This document shows positions 47,190 through 58,082 of a stretch of DNA of 64,000 bases, piece by piece (positions within the stretch are counted from its first letter, which is position 1; the number at the start of each line of letters is the position of its first letter). Below the pieces are notes generated by a model. It did no database searches, was not told the DNA's origin, and worked only from the letters and a program-made list of their open reading frames with translations. The DNA comes from Eutreptiella sp. 'Long Island Sound 2002' (lineage: Eukaryota; Protista; Euglenida). The stretch is from the NCBI GenBank assembly GCA_964036045.1, contig OZ038378.1, positions 3,720,001 through 3,784,000 on the forward strand, given 5' to 3'. Made by a program: the position numbers and the translations under genes.

Positions 47190-48311
47190 GGTGACCAGGT
47201 GGGAACTGGAGTGCCAAGCACTGGGACCTGGGAGTCACGATCTCGCTAATCAAGACTGGATATTGGGACCGAGCTCGTGGGGAAGTAGGGCACGCATACA
47301 ATAGCCGGAAGCGCAAGAAATTTGGTGGATGCTCTACAGTTGATAGTTTAAGTGCGGGTTTACTTTCTTGGATGTAAGATGCACAATCATAGGAGGCACG
47401 GAGCACCACTCTATTTCCTCGTTACTCGAAGCGTGTAGATATCACACAGCGCTTGGTACTGCCAGCCAGACACGCTCATGTACAGCTTAGCAAGAGACCC
47501 GGGGTGTTGCCTGCCTGCGTGGCATCCAAGCACGACCCCCTCAAAACAGGGGCACACAATGTCGTGAGGGAAATGTTTTGTGCTGGTGTGAACCATGTGC
47601 AATGTACAGCTGGTGACAGCACAGCGACACATTGGAGGCTGTGCCATCGAAGGCTACATATGGTCCACCGCGGCACAAAGCCACGGCCCTTCACAGCCGT
47701 GCACAGCACATTTGCTGCCGAACACCGTTGGGTAGAGGTGTGTGTGTGCGCGCGGTGTCCCTGTTTTGACATCCTCAATGGGTGTGCACTCCCCAGTCTC
47801 CTTCACCAAGTGTATGTATGTATGTATGTATGTATGTGTGTGTGTGTGTGTGCGCGCGCGCCCCAGGCACACAGGCATGCCCTGATCGCATGCTGCGATT
47901 CGGCCTCCAGGGAATGCCTATCTGCATACTATTGTATTGCACAAAGACGCCTGGCCACCGTTTGTACTTGTGGTCTGACGAGGGAATCAACTCAGGGCTT
48001 TTGCTGCTCTCAGCACACGGGTATTTTGGGTTGCCATACAAAGTGTGCGCTGGTGATTGTGTGTGTGTGTGTGTGTGTATTGGTGCTGTTGGTGTATTTC
48101 GCGACATGTGTTTTGGTGCTACATCAAATTGAACACTCCGAACCGTTTGTTCCGCACATAGGCAAGGGCACGGCACAAAATAAGAGACACCTACAAAGGC
48201 ATGGTAACGCTTATGCGAACCTGAAACCGGCCTTCTCCAGCACGTAGTTTATATATCTATCCACCTATATGTATATGGCATAGCATGTGTATATATATAT
48301 ATATACATATA

Positions 48312-49510
48312 TCCTCCAATCTACACCCCTCTCCCAGCTCTAGGTGGCTCCACCACACGGCTCTAAGGTACGTGCGAAGGACACAAAGTGGTGCATACAT
48401 GTGGTCAAAGGGGCTAAGCTGGGTCAAAACGGGCTCAAAATGGGCTCAAAACACTTGTTTGAGCATCCCAAATGGTCCGGGATCACTTTTGGAAAAACGC
48501 GTTTTTGACCCATTTTTGACCCACTTTTGGTCCCAAAATGGCCCATTTTCAAGGCATTTTGGGATTTTCCATGGGCCAAAACCCGTCGCCACGGGCTCAA
48601 AATGGGCTAAAACCACTTGTTTGAGCATCATAAATGGTCCAGGATCATTTGTGGAAAAACGCGTTTTTGACCCATTTTTGACCCAATGTTGGTCCCAAAA
48701 CGGCCCATTTTCAAGGCATTTTGGGATTTTCCATGGCCCAAAACGCGCCACCACGGGCTCAAAACGGCCGAAAAACACTTGTTTGAGCATCCCAAGTGGT
48801 GCAGGAACAACTTTGGAAAAAAATGATTTTTTTCGCCCTGGGGACCCTGGTGGACCCACCGTTGGCCCCCACTGTGCGTGGGCTGGCCGGCCCTCCGGCT
48901 GCACCAAGTGACCACTGGTACGGGGATCTACGTGTCTCGTTGGGCGAGTCTGAGGCTTGGAAACCACAAAATGTGGGGGGTTGCGGGTGGACTAGGTGCC
49001 CTCGGAATTCGTTTTTGAGCCACGTAGCCCAAGATACGGCCCGTTCTTGGTTTCGGGGTGCTGGTGCACATTGCGCAGTTTTTGGGGCTTTTTGGCGCCT
49101 TTTTGGGCCGTTTCTTGGACATATTGTGGAGTTAGAGGGCACCAAAGGTCCCTTGGTCGCGAGAAAGTCAAGCCGCACGTGCAGTGTAACAGCCGTTTGC
49201 CTTCGTTTGGCTGTTTTGAACCCTTACTAGGGCTGTTTTGGGCGAAAAATGGCTGTTTTTGGCCCAAAACTGCGCAGATTTGGGAGGGCACCTCCCGACT
49301 TGGCGCCCCCGCCCCGGACCGCCACCGGTGAGTTTTTGGCTCAAAACTTGGATTTGGCAAGGGCACCACCTAGGCTCTAGGATGGCTAAAGTAGAGTTAG
49401 GCCCGAGGCGTTGGGAAGGTGCAATGGCTGAAACGGCACGGAGACGTGTTGCTTGTTGCTTGTTGCTTGTTGTTAGCTAAATTTAAGGGGAGAGGGGTGT
49501 AGTAATATAT
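48312..49510 (-). mobile_element. TACACCCCTCTCCCC-terminal element, inverted copy, beside an (AT)n tract
   Basis: Begins TCCTCCAATCTACACCCCTCTCCC and ends GGGGAGAGGGGTGTAGTAATATAT; reverse complement of 16936-18008. Confidence 0.85.
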
Positions 49511-49639
49511 GACATTCATATATATGATTCCCTAGGCTCCGGGAACCTTGTACATTTGAAGATCAATCTGCATTCAGTTTTATTATGGGTTTATATGCAC
49601 GGGGGGTGACCTGTTCAGATGCTGGACCCCAACACCCCC

Positions 49640-50160
49640 CCCCCCTCCCCCCCCCCCCTCCGGGCCTCCAGCTACCACTCAGGTCTCAACCATTGTTGGA
49701 GCGGCTGGTCCCCCAGCCGAGCTGCCGGTAGCGTCCACACGAGGAAGCGCCGTGCTCCCGGCACTGCGCCCCCACCGACCCCCTGCCTTCTCCCTGGCGC
49801 CACGGCCGCTGCGCCACAGCCCAGTCTATCCCGGCCCCCTGTTCCCGCCGCGGCCGGTAGGCATAGGGGACGGGATGAGCGTCCGGCAGCGGTCCAATGG
49901 CTCCCCCTTGCAGGAGCCAGCCCGCGGCCAGGTGTCGCTGCAGGAGCCGCACCGCCTGGCACACCTGCGCCCGTTCCCCCCGTGGGAGCCGCGTGCCCCG
50001 TAGTTTGTGTTGGGGCGACGCCGGCAGCGCCTGCCCCACAAATAGCTCATAATCCAGAGCCAGCTGGCCTCGTGAGCCTCCTGCCAGGAGAGCGCCCCTG
50101 CCCAGCGGACCAAGTCCTGCGCCAAGGCCGGTTCCCAGACCCGTCCCGGTGGTCTTCCCG
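49640..50160 (-). pseudogene. Probable 5'-truncated LINE remnant
   Basis: GC-rich frameshifted ORFs with RRC.RRCGSC.DTW and FLVWTLP...QQW resembling zf-RVT and LINE 3' regions; weak. Confidence 0.35.
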
Positions 50161-50276
50161 GCGCTAGAATCTTGGCGCCAAAGGCGCCAGGAAATTTTTT
50201 TTGGTCAAATGCTGGGTCAACAAAACTTTTTCACTCCATGTGTTTATACTCAAAATGCTCAGAATTTAATGGAGAA

Positions 50277-53103
50277 TTCAATAATGATGATAAAACATTA
50301 AAAAAAGAATTGACCCGACCCAACCCCCAGCCCCCCTGCTCACCATAGCTGCAGGTACCCACCCTGGGAGAGGTAATTTTTTTGGAAATTTTTTTGACCC
50401 CAACATGCATACCTCAAAATGATCAGCGCGACATGGCGATCATTTTAAAATATGTATGCTGGGGCCCCCTGGACCCCTCCCCCCCCGGCCGCCCCCTGGA
50501 CCCCCCCCCCCCCCCTCCGGGGCCTTCGGCTACCACAACCCTGTTGGGGTCCGGCACTTGAACAGGTACCCCCCCCCCATGTTTACATGCTTTTTGGATT
50601 TGCAGGTTTGGCAATGTGTAACACAACGAAATTTACATTTTGTCCACTGCTGCACGGAGCCAAAGGCCTTCACAGCCCTGCACAGCACATGGCCTTCGAC
50701 AGGGCTGAGCTATGCACCGGGGCCCAGGCCAACATATGGTCCAGGTAATCGCAGTATACATTGTGCATGACCCCTCTCGTCCCAAGCTGCTGCATTGTGC
50801 AACACAAAGGTACGCAAGTAAATTTTGTTGTGCCACAGGCAGAAGTGGGACCCAGACATATAAGAGACGAGGGGTTACCAGTGACTGTGGCTGCTTCAGA
50901 GGGCAGCATGATTGCCTGCCTGCCTGTCTGACTGTCTGAAAGATACCATAGGCCGAGTGTATTTGTACATATTTACATTTGTGTGGCCAGTCTTGACGAA
51001 GGTTTGGGTAGCACCAGCTGCTGCCATGTGCCCGCCTGTCTGATTTCGCGCCTCAGTACATATCCATGGCTCCATTGTACTCCACCGGAGCACGCGGCAT
51101 AGTCCCAGTATTTGTGTTTTGTGTGTTTTGTGATTTCTGTTGCTTTTTGTTGGGCAGTGGACCAGATCAGGCCGTGTTGGCCATGGGCTGGGGCCTGGCC
51201 CATTGCGTATCCGGGACACAGCTGATGCAACAATTGTCACAAGGCCACAGCCCACCCCCAAAACAATGCTTGTCAACTCTGGTATTCTGTCCTGGACGAT
51301 TGCTATCTGTTCTCTGGCTATTTGTCTTCGCATTGTGGAGATCTTGCAGCATTGGCAGGTGTTCAGAGCAGCATTCTTAACACCAGGGCATTGGATTCAG
51401 AATGTCTGTAAGCTGCGACATGAGGCATGAAGGTGGTGGCAACCATGGCAACCGATGGATATTCATGTCAGTGCCAGGTTGTTGGCTGGGCCCCTCAGAT
51501 GTGTGTTTGGGTGTCAAGCTCTGTGTTTTGTTGGCAGACTTCAACAGGAGTCACAGCCGGGCGTTGCGCACTCCCCAAACCGGTTGCACTGCAGCGGGAA
51601 TGTTTCGACAGGGATCCTCCTGCAGTTAGAGCTGACCATGTCCCGCGCTCCGGCTTCAGCACCCTCGTTAGATCCGCCAGACAGAGGTTCTGAAAAACCT
51701 CCTGGCTTCAGCGTTCAGCTGATTTTGTCACTCTTGTACCACGTGCAACGGCCCCAAGAGACCAGCTGTGTCATGCTGCAGCCTGGGTGGCATGTGTGAC
51801 GCATCGAAACGTTCTCACACCAGTATTTGTACAAATTTTACTCCGCAAAAATGACGCTTAGTTTCGCCATCTGCTGCATCCGCTTTCTACATATGTGCAA
51901 CTGGTTACTGCACGCCAACACATCGCATCGTTATTTTCCTGCTGTCCAATTTGCTATTGAAGACCGTTAGGCGCGTGTGTGTGGGGGGGGGGAGGGTGCG
52001 TGTGTTTGGGTCACAGGGATGCTCTGATTGCGCACTGGGTTTCACTCTCCAGGGAATGCCTATCTGCTCCAGATGTAGCCGGCAGATCCCTGCCCCTATA
52101 ACAGCTGGTAGCCGAAAGGCCTACACCACATTCTTATAGGCCCTGAGCCTCTGGTCTGGAATGCTGCATATGCATGTTTGCTGGACGTTGCAAGGGTTTT
52201 CTGAGTACCCCCCATCCATGTATCTGTTCAATAATGATGATAAAACATTAAAAAAAGAATTGACCTGACCCAACCCCCAGCCCCCCTGCTCACCATAGCT
52301 GCAGGTACCCACCCTGGGAGAGGTAATTTTTTTGGAAATTTTTTTGACCCCAACATGCATACCTCAAAATGATCAGCGCGACATGGCGATCATTTTAAAA
52401 TATGTATGCTGGGGCCCCCTGGACCCCTCCCCCCCGGCCGCCCCCTGGACCCCCCCCCCCCCCCTCCGGGGCCTTCGGCTACCACAACCCTGTTGGGGTC
52501 CGGCACTTGAACAGGTACCCCCCCCCATGTTTATATGCTTTTTGGATTTGCAGGTTTGGCAATGTGTAACACAACGAAATTTACATTTTGTCCACTGCTG
52601 CACGGAGCCAAAGGCCTTCACAGCCCTGCACAGCACATGGCCTTCGACAGGGCTGAGCTATGCACCGGGGCCCAGGGCATTGGATTCAGAATGTCTGTAA
52701 GCCGCGACAGGAGGCATGGATATTCTATCAGTGCCAGGTTGTTGGCTGGGCCCCTCAGATGTGTGTTTGGGTGTGCAACTGGTTACTGCACGCCAACACA
52801 TCGCATCGTTATTTTCCTGCTGTCCAATTTGCTATTGAAGACCGTTAGGCGCGTGTGTGTGTGTGGGGGGGGGGTACGTGTGTTTGGGTCACAGGGATGC
52901 TCTGATTGCGCACTGGGTTTCACTCTCCAGGGAATGCCTATCTGCTCCAGATGTAGCCGGCAGATCCCTGCCCCTATAACAGCTGGTAGCCGAAAGGCCT
53001 ACACCACATTCTTGCAGGCCCTGAGCCTCTGGTCTGGAATGCTGCATATGCATGTTTGCTGGACGTTGCAAGGGTTTTCTGAGTACCCCCCATCCATGTA
53101 TCT
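50277..53103 (+). repeat. Tandem duplication: 50277-52225 followed by a shortened copy 52227-53103
   Basis: Near-identical blocks; the second copy lacks ~50731-51385 and ~51514-51893. Confidence 0.85.
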
Positions 53104-53186
53104 CAGAAGCACTACTTGTAATTGGCACACCCCCCAATTTATTTACGCAATATGATTGCATCCATATATCGTTCTTCCAGTAACCA

Positions 53187-54360
53187 ATGTTCAGTACCTG
53201 CTACGGCGGGGTATCAAGGAGGGCTTCCCCCTTTCCCCCTCCTTGTTTATCCTGGTCTATGAGGCATTTCACGCTGACCAGGGAATTCCCCACCCGCTTC
53301 TTTGTAAATGTCGATGATACCGCTGTAGGCGCACCAGATGAAGCCACCCTGCTCAGGGTATTCCACTGCACCCATAGGTATTCCGCTAGGGTTCTCTCCT
53401 ATCACGATTGCTGGACATCAGTGGTACTCCAATGGGAAACGAAATCGGAGACTACCTGGTTCAGTGACGGTAGCAAACTGGAAGTCCCTTAACTGGAGGG
53501 ACGGAGGGACAGGTAGACAGGGTGGGTGTTGCGCTGTCCTGTGGGCCACTCATTATTATTGCGCGCGTAACAGGACTGCGGACCTCATACAGCGGTGAGC
53601 TGCAGGGTGCAGTACTTGTAACAGCACCAGACCTCACTGAACCTGGTGACACACTGACCATGGACAACCAGGCAGTTGTATGCTGGGCACCCAGACCCCT
53701 CCCCCCAACAGGAGTGTGTGGATATGGACCTACGGCAACAGGTTACCCGGCACCTGGAAACCCAGTCCATGCCTTTTTCTTGGGTCCCCAGTGATTGCCA
53801 CCTGTCAGATGCCAAGAGTCCAGAGGATTGTGAGGTGATACTGCGAAATGATGAGGTAGACAGATGGGCAAGGATAGCTATACCCCTTCCATTGCCACTA
53901 TGTGAGCCTACCGACCCATCTGCCATTGTAATCTGTGGTGGGATAGTGTCCGCACCAGCAAAGAAATGCGTCATTCAACGCCGCCAAACATTCGGATTTC
54001 CAAACGTGCACTGGGTCTCTTGGCTGCCTTTGAAGGGCACTGGGCTCATGTTGTGGCTCCGCTGGCTGTGGGAAATGTGTGATGGGTGGGATGTGCACCC
54101 CCTTGGGAAAAGACAGTCAGCCTGTGCCCACTGTGTGGTACATGCCATAGAAGCACAGTTCATCTGCGACTCAGTCAATGTCCAGCCTGGAAGCTGCTCT
54201 TCCAGAAAGCCGGGCTCAGTAACTGCGGGAGTTGCACTGAATATGCCATTTCCTGGTGTCATCAGGCGGCGCATGATGACGTTGTACATATCTCCCGCTT
54301 GCGGATCCCCTATCCTTTGTAGATGGTCTACCTTGACCACTGCGACCGGCTCCATATGAA
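53187..54360 (+). pseudogene. Degenerate non-LTR retroelement fragment with RNase H
   Basis: WFSDGS, SYSGELQG, DNQAVV, FSWVPS, NDEVDRWA and downstream CPLC...H...C, with stops and frameshifts. Confidence 0.75.
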
Positions 54361-56023
54361 CATGTTGCACATCATCAGTACCATTTGCTGCTATTGGTGA
54401 CATCCCTCTGTGGCGTGTTGCCATGTCCCCTCAATACACTGATTCCTTTGTTGGATCATCCAAGATGCAGAACAAACCAATGTTTTGCCAAAAACATAAG
54501 TTTTGCATTCCGGTTCAGGTCTGTTTCTATTTTATTTGGTGTTCATGGACTGACCGGAGACATTTACACACAGTGACAGAGTGCTGACTGTATTGGCTTT
54601 GCAGGGAGGAGGGTGGAGACGCAAAACCTCAAGGGGATAGCAAGGAGAGTGTTGGGAGCTTTCAGGCCGCTTTTGGTATGGTTTTAGGGATGTGAATATA
54701 TAGCATGAATTTTTGGTTTTCCAAATGTTGATCTCCATTCACCCGTGGGCTGTTATTTTTGTGAGGAATTGAAAATCGTAGCTACAGTGGAAGAGGAAGC
54801 AATGTGGATGTGTATAATATCCAACTATGCGTGGGCCAAATCGTAGGAGTGCATCGTAGGGATTGCAACTATCCGAGCATGGGTTAGAGATAAACTAGAA
54901 AATAGTGGCCGTCTTGTCCCACTGCTCTTTTCATGGTACAGCTCGTGATGTCAAGGTCATCGGAGGGGGGTATCTATGGGGGCATCACACAGTAGTTTGG
55001 TCGCCTCAATGAAACAAGGAGGGAGGCCAAAAATTTCCAATAGTTGCTAGTGCGGTGGCGATCTGCAGCTTTATTGAAGCACTTCATATTGCATTATTTG
55101 CAATCTCTACTTTGTATCATCATTACTGGGTGATTGGTATCACTAGTCCACCGGCTATCACAGGCCGCAAAACTAAAACAAATGTCATTTGACATTCAGT
55201 TTACCGCAAACTCACTGTATTTTACGGTTGCACCGATTGTCTTGTTACAAGCTGCTCTAGCAATTTTTCAAACCTTTGCATTGAAGATTTCTAAAATGTC
55301 GGGCAATGAAGAGATGAAGGTTTGTAAATTCTTCATTGGTGTTAGAATCTGTTTTTTGATGAAAATTGTTTGCTACTGTTGCACAGTTATACAACGGACC
55401 CAAAGTTGAATTGATCCAGTGGTACATTGTAATAAGGCCAATAGACCATCTACAAAATGGCGGGCCACATGTTCACTAACCATGGGCAGATGTGCGGTAA
55501 CCGTCCCACGACACGCCTCCGCCTAGCCCTTCACCTCATGCCTATGTAGTCGCCGAGGAATCTCGGGTTGAAAATCTCACGAATTTTTTTTTGGAGAAAA
55601 TGTTGACGCAAAGATTCAAAAACTCGGCTGAGCAACCTGCAACTATGGTGGGACGTAGATTGCCGCAACTCTGAGAATTGACCATCAGCGCATGTTAAAA
55701 GGCAAATCACATCCCACCAATCATTTGATGTCGAAGGAATGACATTTCGGAACCATTTGGTTCAAAGACTACGAAGATACACACTTTATTGGTATAGTCT
55801 TTTTGAACGCAGATACATACATGGTCCCTGCTTGCCTATCATGGGGGACAAGCCCCCCCCCCTTTTTTTTGCTTTGTTTGGATTAGAAAGGTAGGTAGGT
55901 AGGTCTCTTCGGGACGGGGTAGCCTTCATGGGAAAGTCTTATCTATGGAGCTTTGCCTCGCTCACTCACGGCCCTGTCTGAACGTCCCCCCCCCCGCCGC
56001 CATGGGAGAAGGGCTTCTACGCC

Positions 56024-57602
56024 CAGGGGGGTCCTTAAGGACGAGACTTTTTTTTTTGGTTAAGGACCCCCCTTAAGGACCGCCCCTAGAGTCCTTTTTG
56101 CCCCGGCCCAACGTGGGCCATGTCTATCCCCCCATTTTGGGGATCGCCGAGAAAGCAGGAGTTGCGTAGCAATTCCGCCCTCTTTTGGGCGCCACTTGTG
56201 ATTCTGCCCCCCGCTCTGAAGCGGTGGGGGTCCCCGAGACGGCAGGGGTTACGTAGCCACCTTGCCCACAAGTGGGCCACTTCTGATTCTGCCCCCCGCT
56301 CTGAAGTGGTGGGGATCCCTGAGGCGGCAGGGGTTACGTAGCCACCTTGCCCACAAGTGGGCCACTTCTGATTTTGCCCCCCGCTCTGAAGCGGTGGGGA
56401 TCCCCGAGGCGGCAGGGGTTGCGTAGCCACCTTGCCCACAAGTGGGCCACTTCTGATTTTGCCCCCCGCTCTGAAGTGGTGGGGATCCCCGAGGCGGCAG
56501 GGGTTACGTAGCCACCTTGCCCACAAGTGGGCCACTTCTGATTCTGGCCCCCGCTCTGAAGCGGTGGGGATCCCCGAGACGGCAGGGGTTACGTAGCCAC
56601 CTTGCCCACAAGTGGGCCACTTCTGATTGTGGGGCAAAGGGGGGAAGTTTTGTTTCTCCCCCCGCACTGGTGTGTGTTGGGTGGAAGCGATGTTCCACGA
56701 GCTGGATATTGTGCTAGAGAATATGCCTGCTGCCGAGTGCATTAATCATGAGGCTGACCTGGGGCGTAGGGAGAAGGCCCAGGGACGCAAACGGAAGCAA
56801 GGGCATGCGGTTGAGGTGGAAGATGGTGGTTTGCTTGGGTTTGCTGCGTTCAAGGATTTGCCAATTTCTTTGGAAGAGGATGGTCAGGCAGAGGTTCAAT
56901 TGGACATTCAAGATTTGTGGGTTGTCCCCAAGAGGGCAACACGTCACGCCGACATTGGCGATGTGTATGGGGTTGGGTTGGAGGGTGAGGACGAAGACAG
57001 TGAGGACGAGGATTTGGAGCAGCCAGGTGAAGTTGCCAGTAGCTCCTCTTCTGACCTTGTAACCCGTCAGCTGTCCCCTCTACCTCTTCTAACCCTGCCG
57101 CGCAGTTGGTGTTTGCATACGATGTGGATGAGGCGGTGTTGAAGGCAATGGAGAGGGGGAAATTGCATGAGTGGACTAAAGTTGAGTTTAAGGCCATTTC
57201 TAGGAAGCATGGTTTGAGTGTCAGCGGGGGGAAGGGTGAGCTTATGGAGCGTGTAAGGGTGCACTTCCAGAGGTTGTACTAGCTGTAGGGTGTTTGTTAT
57301 CAGCTGTGCCACCGGCGATGGAACATTCGGGTGGTCGAACGCTGCATCACTGGATTTGATTGAAAAAAGCATTGCTCTTGTTCATGTTGAATTGTGCAGG
57401 GTGTGAGGTAGGGTTCTGATGCTATCATGCAACACATGTGGGGCTAGGATCATATGGTTGTGTGCTTATACAAATTTGGGGCTAGGGACTCATGGTTGAA
57501 CAGTTGGGAACACCGGGGTGAAGGCATGTACTGTCCGCGGGCTCTTTTGAAAATACCAGGTTCTGAAATAACTTTTTTTTTTTTGCGTTAAGGACCCCCC
57601 TG
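56024..57602 (+). mobile_element. hAT-like element copy 2 (85-bp minisatellite plus transposase-SAP remnant, different internal deletion)
   Basis: TIRs CAGGGGGGTCCTTAA / TTAAGGACCCCCCTG; minisatellite ~56180-56630; same 44-nt intron (57027-57070) and SAP exon as copy 1. Confidence 0.85.
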
Positions 57603-58082
57603 ACACTTGCAATGCGACAGGGCCTGGGTCAGGGGCAGGGTGGTACAGCGAGGACAGCGAAGACAGTGCGCAGCATACATGCAAAATGAGTGCCCTGGCG
57701 TGACACCTGTCAACACTCGTGTGACACTTCCCTCCAAACGAGAGTGAGCCACCAATTTCCAGAATGCAGGTGTGGTACCAATCAAAGGCAGAAATGCAGC
57801 TGCAGCAGGACCACAGACAAGAAGGCAGAGGATCTGGGGAGACCGCTGTGTAGTGCACACTCAACCTGCAAACATGACAGTGTCAACAGTGGGGCCAAGT
57901 AGTACCCGAGCATCCACTCAGGACTCCTTTAGCGCTGATGTTGTAGGCCTCTTGGTGATGAATGTGTTGCATGTCCATACATACTCTACCATCAAGGAGT
58001 ACGCCTCGCTTGTCCTCGCTTGCAGACACTCAATGTGTGCGTCACACTGCCATAGCTTCTTATGGTCGGTTGCTGGGACAAT

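Noticed and set aside
54800-55450. Degenerate hAT transposase on the minus strand (CDSRWTS)
   Set aside because: A single weak motif among many stops.
20536-56023. Integration of a circle by recombination between the two hAT-like copies
   Set aside because: That predicts matching inner flanks, but GTGATCAT and TCTACGCC do not match.
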